Below are positions 37,190 through 53,133 of a stretch of DNA of 64,000 nucleotides, piece after piece. The notes beneath the pieces were generated by a model, which was not told where the DNA came from, did no database searches, and saw only the letters and a program-made list of their open reading frames with translations. This DNA is from the human T2T-CHM13v2.0 reference genome, Homo sapiens. The translations under genes and the position numbers were made by a program. Location: the NCBI RefSeq assembly GCF_009914755.1, contig NC_060926.1; one strand, written 5' to 3'. Each line of letters begins with the position of its first letter. The first letter of the stretch is position 1.

Positions 37190-40100
37190 AATTGAGACAC
37201 ACTCACACATTTTATTAAGGCTCTTAAATTGAAACTCATCATTTTGGATGTACATTCAAATTCTAAACACAACAGTCAAAATGCAGTGACTGTAATGAAA
37301 TGTAATAACCTCCTATAAAGAAACGATTGGGGACTATCATTTTTGTGATTTAACAACAGAGAAAATCCAGGAAGAATGAATTGAGTTCCTTCTAGGAGTT
37401 GTTTATCCCTGCTCATGCTTAAGATTGACGATTTCGTGAAATAAAGAACATTATTTGAGAGAAAAAAACTGATTTTTTTTAAAGAAATCATCACTCTCAT
37501 TTGAAAGGTTTGCTTTCTTATTTCCTGTAAGTACATTTCGTTTTTCTAATTCAACTGTAACCTCAGGACCACTGTACAGCACTTAGTAAACCTGTCTTTG
37601 TACATGCAATCTAGTTCTTACCAACTGCCTTCTCAAATGGAATAGAACTATAACACACAAATAAAAGGAAGATGTACAAGCACAGGGACAAAACAGGAGG
37701 AAAATAAAGACTAGAATGTGAATCTCATTTTCAACAAGTATCAGCAAGGAAAATGAGACCCTGGTTTCATAATTAATTAAATCTGCAGAATGCCAATTCC
37801 ATTTGGTGTTAAACAGTAACCCAATATAAACCACTGATTCTGGAATAAGATTAAAAAAAAAATACCTGAGTGAATATAACAATATGGATAGACCAAAAAG
37901 AAAAAAAATCTCACACACAATAATCACTGCAAGAAGATCCCACAGGTTATAGAAAACATAAAGGAACTTTAATATCCAAACATTCAGGGTAAAGAATACT
38001 GGATTAATCACCCATTAAGTGTAAATCACTTCAGGTTCTTTACAGTACCAGAAAGTAAAATCTAAATTTTGCATATTGCAGAGAATGAAACCATTTTAAA
38101 AACTTTAATTTCCTTACCTGATACTAATACCAGTATGATTTTTAGACGGAAAAACTAAGAGTAAGATTTAAACCAAAGATAGAGGTGTTCCTGAAATGTG
38201 AATTTGTTCAGTAGTAACCTTTTCATCATGAGTACTGATACCACTTTCTTCTCAGAAAGTAGTCAATGTACATTTTAAGATTTGTGCAATAAGCCAATAT
38301 GCTGGATAATAAAAACTGTTATTACTGGAGATAGTCAAAATGAAAGAAAACTATTTAAATTATTTATGCCCAAATAATTTACCCTGCAGTCCATGAGATG
38401 CACAGGAAATAATTTTTTTTAATAAGAGAACAATGAGGGTCCTAAAGTAGAAACATAAGCCAGAAGAAATCTAAAAATAGCTTCCTGATATTTTATTTTA
38501 AAATATTTCATTTAAGCTGCTTTTGGTTGCATGCCCTGATCTGTAGAAGTTAACAAGGAAATAAAATTTCCAAGTATTTAAAAAATTTACTCATCTTCCA
38601 TAAAGCGACTTTTAATGTATCAACACTTAAAAATACACAGTGACTTAATGAAATATCAGCACAACTGCATAGAATTGAGCTCCAGAGAATTATACACTCG
38701 AGCTGTCTTTCCTGGGCTCTGGTTTATAAGGGTATTGGCTTAGAGACCAGCTTGGAGTCATTTGCCCCTACCCGGGAAATGCAGGCCAGGAAACTTAAGA
38801 TTTTGCGGGCCTTTTCTGTTTCTAGGTAAAATGCAGGGAGCTCCCTGAAGGTCTTGAAAACCATCAACCATTCAAATATGTATACTGGGACCTTTCCTCT
38901 TGAGTAAAGGAAGAAGGAGGTTTGTGATCTTCACTGAAAACAAAGTGAAACTTCCCACACAAGTCTTCTAAGAGACTCTGAAATATACTAGAAATTTCAA
39001 AACTAGAACAATGCCATCAAAGATTAAACCTCTTAATGCTTGGAGCCACCCCAAAATAATAAAATCGGGAACTCCAGGAAAACAGGTACCAAACGAATCA
39101 AAATAATGATTGCACTGAGGATTCTCTTATCTGAAGGCTGTTTAAAGAGGTAGGATTTTAAGGTTTTTTTTTTGTTTATCTTTTGGCCTCTGAACATTTA
39201 AAAGATGCTTTGCCCAGCTGGTCCTTCAGGCAAAATTTGGAGGTCACAATGAACTCCAAGCCTGACACAAAGATATTCTACAGTTTCACAGCTATCATTT
39301 GTACATATTAAGTTGATTCACTCTTTTTGAGCAAATCTACCTAGAAAACGGCAAATTAATATATTCCTTTACATACAACTTTGTGTCTCAAAATTCTTGA
39401 AAAACAAGAGCAGATGACTTTGTATTCAAAGACTACCAAAGTATGTATTTGATTTTCACATGCAAACAACTTAAAACCTTATAAATCTCATGTCAACTCT
39501 GCATGATGCCTTGAAGGAAATGACATACAAAGTTTGCTAACTGTGCAAAATATTAAATTGCTAAAACATTTTACATAATGAAATAATACATGTAAATGTT
39601 GAAGTTGACACATGAAATTAACATGGCATAAGAACTTATCACATTTCAGATATTTTCTTTAGTAACAAGTTTTTGTTTTTATAGTTCCTGGTACACAGCA
39701 AAGTTTATCACGAAAGATAAAAATCCTTTTAAACAAATCCAACAGGAAATTCTTGAGGCACCTTCTCATATAAAACACAAGATGAATGCAATTATCAATC
39801 CATCTGAGAAAAGTTTTCAATCTAAATGAACATCATTTTTTCCATTTAAGTATATTTTACAGAACTTTAATAAGGCAAGACAAATTTGTGAAAAAAGATG
39901 TAGATACAAAAATGATGTAAACTAATAATTTATATTAAAAAACCCCAAAGGGATAACAGTGGAGATGGGACAGCTCAAACAATGCCTTTTTTTAACCTAA
40001 AACAGAATTGTGCACAAGCTGAAGATGACAAACAACTTCTAGACTCTGCACAGTTTTGGTTTTTTTTTTTAACATCTTTATATTACATGTTTTAAATCAT

Positions 40101-40461
40101 ATCAGGAATGCAAACTAGAACTGCACACTACTTCAGTGGAAAAAAGTTCAATATTGTGCAATTTTCTGCCTCTTAATAGTTAAAAAGTGGCAGCAATCCC
40201 TGCATTTGTGTTTGAAACAAGGATCTGAGAAACTTTATCAAAAAAGGTAATGAAGGCAAAAATTGGCAGACATCCAGCATCTTGTTTCTTTTTAAAACAA
40301 TGTGGATGATAAGTAATTTCATGATTAAAAATGAATCTTTTAAATAAATACATTGTATCTGACATTTGCACTGACTGATTTGATAAATCTTTAAGTAAAC
40401 AACGGCTTTACTACACTCCCTGTAGCCTCAAGCCACTGGCTTTAGATTCTGGAGTCCTTAT
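37190..40461 (-). other. TIA1: TIA1 3' UTR (~3.3 kb, AU-rich, Alu-free)
   Basis: Repeat-free AT-rich stretch from the stop codon to an AATAAA signal; the exact cleavage site is approximate. Confidence 0.8.
37212..37217 (-). terminator. TIA1: Distal polyadenylation signal AATAAA of TIA1
   Basis: Plus-strand tttatt; on the sense strand it is followed by GU-rich tgtgtgagtgtgt and preceded by a TGTA motif. Confidence 0.8.
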
Positions 40462-40701
<240 letters not shown>

Positions 40702-41073
40702 TTAATCCCAAATAGAATAATTTATGCTAGGGAAAATGAAATCTTTTACTAAAGTTTTTTTCTCTTAAAAACAAGCATCCCTGTATGTTTAATTTGGACA
40801 GTTTAATTTTGTTAGAAATTAAAGCTAAGAAAATACCCTGAACTTATCAACATTCATCTCCTTTGAATATAGAAAAACCTAACCCCATTCTTGGAAAAGA
40901 AAGCTATCCATCTCATCTCTATGCCTTGGTTGAACATATTTGCTGAGGAAACCACTACCTGAAAGAGTCAGGTAGGTTCCCTACAACGAAAAAGGAACAT
41001 TATACTACTCAAAGAAGAAATCAAAACAATTATTAGCATATGAAAGCTCATAAAAATTCATAACATTACAAGA

Positions 41074-41104
<31 letters not shown>

Positions 41105-41230
41105 AAGACAGGTTTTCATTGTGTCACCCAGGCTGGAGTACAGTGGTATGATCTCAGCTCACTGCAACCTACGTCTCCCCAGGCTCAAGCGATTCTCCTA
41201 CCTCAGTCTCCCGAACATCTGGGATTATAG

Positions 41231-41767
<537 letters not shown>

Positions 41768-42090
41768 TAATTCAGGGTGTATAAGGAAGCTTGCAATGTA
41801 ACAAGGCATATTGAAAAAACCCTTTGTACAGAAAAAAGCATAATGAATACAACAACTAGCATCAAACTCAGTGTATATAAGAATGGCTAAGTGACCATTA
41901 GTCATGTGAAAAGCTTAACAACTATTAAGCTCTTATTTTCTTACTAAAAAACAATTTTAAGTTCTTTCAAGGCTATAGTTACGCTTTACATAAGAGGCCC
42001 TATTACCCACTAATTCTTAAAATTTCTTCCTACTTAAAATTTCTTTAGACATTTTCAAAGGTTAGTAAAGGAAGACATAAGATATGCTTA

Positions 42091-42237
<147 letters not shown>

Positions 42238-43056
42238 CTATTAAATAAAATTTAGTATTACTTGAAGTTAACTATATATATACAATCCTAATATGCTGAT
42301 ACCACAAATTCTTAGCCAAAACACACAGGGCCATCATTACAATTAAAATGACAGGATAAACAAGAGTTGACTGCTAAAAAAAAAAAAAAAAAACAAAAAA
42401 ACAAAAAACAACAACAAAACAAGTGAGGTTATACTGCTGTAACTCTACGTGATACTCTGAATGGCATAGTTTTTGGAAGGCATCAGTTGATACCCTAGTA
42501 ATAAATGTTAAACTTAGTAGAATGTTTAAGTGTTTGGTATACTATCTACATGATTGTTTCCTTTAGATAGGGAAGATGTGATTAATTATTTCTATATTCA
42601 GCTTACTTAAGACACTTATATAGTTTAGGATTTGCTTACTCCCATCTCTGTGCTCCATTTACAGTTTCCTCATAGAAATCTTTGTGGAATCAAGTTTGAA
42701 CCACTAAAGCTGCCTGGAAAAAAAAGGCAGCAAAATCTGGAAGAAAAATGCCAAGGCCATAACTATATTTACAGCTTTATTTTTGTTTCAGTTGAGTCAA
42801 GCATGCTTGTGAGTTCTCCAAATGGTATGTGAATAAATCTACCAAGTATTAAAAAAAGATGTAATACCCTTTTAGGTTTCTCGGAGCATTTTAAAATCCA
42901 CTGTGTGAGCATGAGTCAATTGAGGCGGTCACATTCATCATGTCACCACTGCAATCCATGAAACACCATTCTGGAACTATAATACATGTAGGAAGAGCCC
43001 TTATATACTATCATTTTAGCTAGAAACTTATTAACAAGGATTATCAACAATCTTCA

Positions 43057-43311
<255 letters not shown>

Positions 43312-43949
43312 TCAAGGTGAGTCTGAGGTAAAACAGTTTGCGTAACATGGCATATTTTCTTTGCTATTTTTTTCAAAGATCTTGTAGTTCTGGGGCAACT
43401 TGTGTTAACAAAGAATGTGTGTTTCACTGGCCTTGTGTTAGGGAGGGAGCTATAAAATCACAGAGGCAAATACGCTGGATGCTAGAGAAATTTCAATTTT
43501 TTTTTTTTGAGATGGTGTCTGGCTCTGTTGCCCATGCTGGAGTGCAGTGATTGTGATCTTGGCTCACTGCAACCTCCACCTCCTGGGTTCAAGTGATTCT
43601 CCTGCCTCAGCCTCCCGAGTAGCTGTGATTACAGGCATGCACCGCCATGCCGGCTAATTTTTATATTTTTGTATTTTTAGTAGAGACGGGGTTTCACAAT
43701 GTTGGCCAGGCTGGTCTCAAACTCATGACGGTGATCCACCCGTCTCGGCCTCCCAAAGTGCTGGGAATACAGGCGTGAGCCACCGCACCCGGCCAAAATT
43801 TCAACTTTTTTATAACCAAGGTAAATTTTTAAGAAAACGAGGTAAATGTTCAAAAAATATTTTGGAGGAAAAAGTTTTTTATTTTTATTTATTTTCTGGT
43901 TTTCCAGTTACATTACCAAGAAAAATGTTTTTTTAAAAAACCATCCCTA

Positions 43950-44069
<120 letters not shown>

Positions 44070-44120
44070 CTAAGTTATATAAAAATCCTACAAATATTAA
44101 GCTTTGCACTTTAAAAATTA

Positions 44121-44267
<147 letters not shown>

Positions 44268-44566
44268 TTAATTCATTAAATAAAATGTGCAGAAAGAGAA
44301 AAGTAGCATTCACTACACTACTGTAAAGGTAACATTAACCTTGATCAAAATGCTTATATTACACATATTATACTTCAGTTCAGAATTAAACCTCCCCCAC
44401 GAATGTCTAAAAAATTACCCAGTATTTTCTATTTAATAGGAGACTTGACATTAGAAATAATATTTATAATTACAAAAATGAAAACTAAGTACATTTTTGA
44501 ATAGTAGTCTTGATTTGCTTCTCATCTATTTCTGCAATAAGTCTCCGGGAACAGCTCTAACATTTA

Positions 44567-44749
<183 letters not shown>

Positions 44750-44908
44750 TTAGAAACAATAAAGAAGTCACTATTAGTTGATGTTAAACAACTCTTAGCA
44801 GTAGAGAAAACTTGGTGCTTTTCACAAATGTTTAAGTGAAAATGCTCTATGAAATACACAACATATGATAGCTTTCCTAAAATGCAATGGTGCTTTTTAT
44901 ATTTTTAA

Positions 44909-45342
<434 letters not shown>

Positions 45343-45708
45343 TAGCCAGGATGGTCTCGATCTCCTGACCTCGTGATCCTCCCAACTCGGCCTCTCAAAG
45401 TGCTGGGATTACAGGCGTGAGCCACTGTGCCCGGCCCTGGTCTCAAACTTCTGACCTCAAGTGATCTGTCCACCTCAGCTTCCCAAAGTGCTAGGATTAC
45501 AGGCATGAGCCACCATGCTCAACCCAATGGTGCTTTTGTATTGTTTTTCTCTTATTTGAATATTAAATTTTGGGAACATTAATCATCTGAAAAGGTCGTG
45601 AGCCCGACAGCCCTAATGAGGTAGATATCATAAAGTTCATGCAACTCAGACTACTATAGAAGAAAATCTTAAACAATCTAACAAGCTTGTTAACAATATT
45701 TGGTTTCT

Positions 45709-47130
45709 CATTCATCCAACAAATAAATATTGAACAGTTATGTTCCAGGCATGCGGTTAAGAGCTAGGGACACACTGGTAAACAAGCATACATGGTCTCT
45801 TACATTCTTTTGTGGGGAACAAATAAAGCAATTACATATTGTGGTAAGACCTATGACAGAAACAAAAGGCTGAGATAGAGAATATGGGCACAAGGATCTA
45901 CTACAGACAGGATGAATAAGAAAGGTCTCTCTGAAATGACATTTAAACTAAGCCTGACAGCAATAGGAGATAGCCAAGTCAAAACAATGAGGAAGAAAGC
46001 CCCAGTAGAGAGAAAAGTATTGCAAAGTGTGTTAAGGCACAAAAGTTTGGTATGCATCTGAAAGCAGCATGTGAAAGACTAGTTTCAGTGGAATCCAGCG
46101 AGCAAAAAAGAATGTCAGAGAATGAAACTGAAAGATTTTAAGCAAGGAATCATCATGACCTATGTTTTAAGAAGGCCATTCTTTTTTTCGAGATGGAGTC
46201 TTGCTCTGTCTCCCAGGCTGGAGTGCAGTGGCGCGTTCTTGGCTCACTGCAAGCTCCGCCTCCTGGGTTCCTGCCATTCTCCTGTACAGGTGCCAGCCAC
46301 CAAGCCCGGCTAATTTTTTTTTGTATTTTTTAGTAGAGACAGGGTTTCTTTTTTAGTAGAGACAGGGTTTCACCGTGTTAGACAGGATGGTCTCCATCTC
46401 CTGACCTCGTGATCCGCCTGCCTTGGCTTCCCAAAGTGCTGGGATTACAGGCGTGAGCCACCGCACCCGGCAAGAAGGCCATTCTTAGCGCTAAGAGGAG
46501 AATGGCTTAGGATAATGGGTAGTAAGGGGATAAAGATACTTTATGAAACTTGTGCAATATTCTAGATTTTTAAAAAGTGTTGGTGGCCAGGAGCATTGCA
46601 GTAGCAGTGAATGTAACTTAAACTCAAGGCCAAAATAATGGGGGCTGGAGGGGACACCACAAGCAAAAGGAGAGAAAAGATAACTCTTAGGTTCCTCTAG
46701 AGAAATTGGAAAGACAGCATTTATTGAAATGCGGAGAAAGACTAGGAAAGAAAAGGGGAACAGGTCTGAGGAAGAAACAAAAAGCTCCATTAAGAAAAAA
46801 CTTTGAGATGCCTGTGAGACATATAAATGAAGACCATTTGTTAATAAATGTGGAACGCAGAGAAGTAGACTGAAGATACAAAATTCATGCAGACTAGAGA
46901 AAGAGCCTAGGACAGAGCCCTGAAAAACAGCAAAACTTGAAAAATGGGTAAAGGAATAATCACTAGCTAAGGTGACTAGGGAGGAGTAGCCAGTGATGAA
47001 GGAAGAAAGCCACAAAAGTGTATGGTCCAGGGAGCCAAGAAAACAGAGGTTAAGAGGTGACCTTGAAAATAGAGTAGCATTGGTACAAAGTGAGAGTAAA
47101 ACCAGCTTAGAGTAGACTAAAAAGTAAATG
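45709..47130 (-). mobile_element. L2 LINE fragment (3' end plus RT region), interrupted by an Alu
   Basis: cattcatccaacaaat 3' signature; ORF 46491..47153 contains AVFQGSVLGS, resembling the RT motif GVPQGSVLGP. Confidence 0.7.
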
Positions 47131-47692
47131 GAGTGTAACTTTTGTGTGCACACATCAAAGGTAAGCTTAATCTACTACTGAAGGAACAGGCAAATTCAAG
47201 GCCTTTCTTGAAATATGAAAACGAAATGCTTTAAAAAAAAATTAAATAGGGTCTTATTCTGTCATCCAGGCATGATCACAGCTTACTGTAGCCTTGAACT
47301 CCTTGGGCTCAAGTGATACTCCCACCTCAGCCTCCTAGTAGCTAGGACTATAAGCATGCACCAACAAGGTTGGCTGTTTTTTTTATTTTTTTAATTTCTT
47401 TACTATGGTAGGAACAGCCTTTACTGGTTGCAACAGGCAATGGGAGGGATTCGGGGTCCACAGACTAGGTCGCCAGGCTTTTTTTTTTTTTTTTTTTTAA
47501 TGGAGACAGGGTCTTGCTGTTGCCCAGGCTGGTTTCTAACTCCTGGGCTCAAGCAGTCCTCCTCCTGCCTTGGCCTCCCAAAGTTCTGTTATTACAGGAA
47601 TGAGCCACTGTGCCTGGCAGGAAATGCACATTCTTAAAAAGAAACAAATATTATCACCCCAACCAGTCCGAACTCCATGAGACGCTTAACTA

Positions 47693-48445
47693 ATGTTATG
47701 TGTTGAATTGTGTCCCTCAAAACGATATGAAGTCCTATACCCTGGTATCTGTGAAATATGGCCTTATTTGGAAACAGGGTCTTTGCCGAAGTAATTAAGA
47801 TGAGGTTATACTGGATTAAGGTGGGCCCCAAATCCAATGACTCAAGTCCTCATAAGAAGTAAAGATCAGACTGGGCACGGTGGCTCACACTTATAATCCC
47901 AGCACTTGGGAGGCCGAGGCAGGTGGATCATGAGCCCAGGAGTTCGAGACCAGCCTGGACAACATGACAAAATCCTGTCTCTACAAAAAATAGAAAAATT
48001 AGCTGGGCATGGTGTTGCAACACCTGTAGTCCCAGCTACTTAGGAGGTTGTGATGGAAAGATCACCTAAGCCTGGGAGGTCAAGGCTGCAGTGAGTTGTG
48101 ATTGTGCCACCACACTCCAGCCTGGGTGACAGAGTGAGGTCCTGTCTCGAAAAAAAAAGATGATGATTATATGGATACACAAAGAGAGAAGATGGTCATG
48201 TGAAGATGAAGGCAGAGATTGGAGTTATACAGCTACAAGCCAATGAATGCCAAGAATTACCAGCAACCACCAGAAGCTTGGAAGAAGCAACAAAGGATTC
48301 TTCTACAGAGCCTTCAAAAGAGCATGGACATGCTGACACCTTGATTGTGAATTTCACGCCTCCAAAACATTGAGAAAATAAATTTTTGTTGCTCTAAGCC
48401 ATCCAGTTTATGATACTTTGATACAGCTCCTCAGGAAAAAAATAA
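47693..48445 (+). mobile_element. MLT1 (ERVL-MaLR) solo LTR interrupted by an Alu (47870-48160)
   Basis: tgttatgtgttgaattgtgtccc start; ggccttatttggaaacagggtctttg; aataaatttttgttgctctaagcc near the 3' end. Confidence 0.8.
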
Positions 48446-48610
48446 AACTACTCACTCAAAAAAGTGGAAAAAAAACAGAGATGTATCTATGTTGGTGGTT
48501 GTGAATGGGAGATAAAGTAGAAGCATATGCAAACAACTCTTGAGAATTATAGCCAAGAAATGGGGATACAGTTAGGGAAGGGATGTGAGGATAAACAGTG
48601 GTTTTGATTA

Positions 48611-49025
<415 letters not shown>

Positions 49026-49052
49026 TGAGCCACCATGCCTGGCCTTTTTTTA

Positions 49053-49376
<324 letters not shown>

Positions 49377-49516
49377 TCAGGGCTGGCAGGAGGGGCATGA
49401 AAGGAGGATAGTGACTGCTAATGAGTCATGTAGCTTCTTTTTGGGGTGGTAAAAATATTCTAAAATTTATTTTGGTAATAGTTGCACAATTCTGTGAATT
49501 ACCTAGAAACCACTGA

Positions 49517-49756
<240 letters not shown>

Positions 49757-49864
49757 TAATCTGCCTGCCTTAGTCTCCCAAAGTGCTGGGATTACAGGTG
49801 TGAGCCACTGTGCCCGGCCACACTGTATACTTGAATTATATCTCAATAAAGCTGCTGTTAAAAC

Positions 49865-49898
<34 letters not shown>

Positions 49899-50392
49899 CA
49901 ATGAAGCAGTGGCAGCATAGGCTCAAAGTCCTTGAAAAGGCAAGAGAGATGGGGACACAATCATAAGTGATTTTGCCTTTGACAGGAAGGACCTTTCCTG
50001 TACTATAATAGGAAGAATGGGAAGGTGGATGAATTTTATGTAAGTTTGGTGGTTGAAAGATGAGAAACACATGTTTGCCAAGACAGTACTCTGTACTCAC
50101 CTAAAGTGTGTGACCATTAAATTAGAAGCAAAACCACCTGAACTCAGTTTTTTTCCAGGAACATTCAGTTATTTTGGGGTAGGCAGAGAAGCTAAGCTCA
50201 ATCAGTATTGTGGTCTTCCTAGCATGTAGAACATAGGAAGAGAGGCTGGGGGTAATTGCAATCAGGGCTGTAGCACTGCGTAACAGAGCCAAGCACGTAT
50301 CACAAATTTTACATAAGTTGAAATTTATAGATTTAAATTTATAGAAGATTTTATAGAAGATTATATTATTTACTGCCGGGCGCAGTGGCTCA

Positions 50393-50676
<284 letters not shown>

Positions 50677-51328
50677 TCAAAGTTACATCTGTTTTATAAT
50701 GGTTGTCAGAATTTGTATACATCTCTGGCTAACTCCAGAGGCCATACACAGGTTATCAAGAGACATCCTTTGCTATTTGACTCTAGTTCATACTAAATAC
50801 ACATTCAACAGTGATTTTTATATAGCAGAACCCTACAGTCCACAATCTCGAAAATGTGAAAAATGAGTTCCTAGCCCATCAAACCGCCAATTTATTTCCC
50901 TAACTTGCACTAAAACATCCTAAAACCTATGAATCAATCCTCTAAGGAACTCAAATTAATCACGGCTATCAATCCATTATAGAAGGTATTTTTCTACCTT
51001 TCTAAAACATTATGCTATGCTTAATAGTAAAGTTTTGAGAACCAAATAAATTCTCTTAATTTTTATTTTCTCATCTTACAGGAAAAAAAAAATCTTTGGT
51101 AGATGGGACATGTACATGATTGAGCTTGTATTGTTTTCACCTCTCAATGTACTTTACAATTTTCAACTTTTTTTTTCTTGAGACAGGGCCTCACTTTGTC
51201 ACCCAGGCTGGAGTACAGTGGCTTGATCATGACTCACTGCAGCTTTGGCCTCCTGGATTTAAGTGATCCTCCCGCCTCAGCCCTGCAAGTAGCTGGGACT
51301 ACAGGCATGTGTCGCCATGCCTGGCTAA

Positions 51329-51484
<156 letters not shown>

Positions 51485-51529
51485 TAAAAAAAAAGTAAAA
51501 TAAAAAATATATATATTTTGTAGAGATAG

Positions 51530-52015
<486 letters not shown>

Positions 52016-52254
52016 TAATGAATTAAATCCATAAATGAGATTTTCAACATCTACCTTTGGCTGATAATTTAAACAACTTTACTTTCTACATTCTGAAAAC
52101 ATCTTATCAGTACTCTGCATGCCTCAGGTGCCAATAAATGTTAAACAGACAAAACAGAAGAAATCTTCTAGTGAGGGTTTATTTTAATCATCAGTAAAAT
52201 AAACAGCAGACGAAAAAAAGATTAGTAATTAAAACGGAGTGTTTCCATTCTTTA

Positions 52255-52479
<225 letters not shown>

Positions 52480-53067
52480 TTAATGCAAATTCACCTTTTA
52501 TTCTACAAAATTTATCATGTATTAGGAAATGAGGCTTAATTTTATAGACATGCAAATCAATAACTTAAGTATATATGTATATTTATATTGTACAGAAATT
52601 GCCTCTCTCTTCAAAAAACTTTTTAAACTTTTAAATATTAAGCATGGTGAAAGCAGCTACTCACATGAACTACTTAACCACTTACAAAGTTCACAGGACA
52701 TTAGATGAATGGCTTTCTTTAACCATGCAATTTATAACTTATTTGACACTATATTCTACCTAATCATTAAAAAAAAATAGAAAACTGGAAACCAAAAGAA
52801 TGAAAAAGTTGTATATTCCCTAAACTAATTAAACTATTTAATTTTTTCAGATCAATTTATACCCCCCTTTTTGTCTAAATTTTGAGAACTTGACATTTTC
52901 AGAAATGTTAAATCATTGAAGAAAAATACTAGACACACACAAGTTTTAAGCTAGACAAGAAAAGATTTTACACTGAATTTTATAATAGCATTCATATAAA
53001 ATTGATTGGAACTACAAGATATAAAAGCAAAATTTTAAAAAGTCAGAAAGTAAAAAAGCACGCCAAC

Positions 53068-53133
53068 ATTTATCCACTGTGAACCGTAGCTTGTAGTTAG
53101 CCAGGGCAATTCTGTCCATTCTTCAGAGACACT
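53068..53133 (-). CDS. TIA1: TIA1 alternative exon 6A (66 nt), adds VSLKNGQNCPG then a stop (truncated isoform / NMD)
   Basis: Acceptor ttattttgcag|A GTG TCT CTG...; TAA at 53097-53099; weak donor AAT|gttggc followed by a U-rich tract; the C-terminus matches the short TIA1 isoform I recall. Confidence 0.85.

Noticed and set aside
37583-38011. 142-aa hydrophobic ORF in the TIA1 3' UTR
   Set aside because: Non-ATG start; the F/L/I/V bias reflects the U-rich UTR
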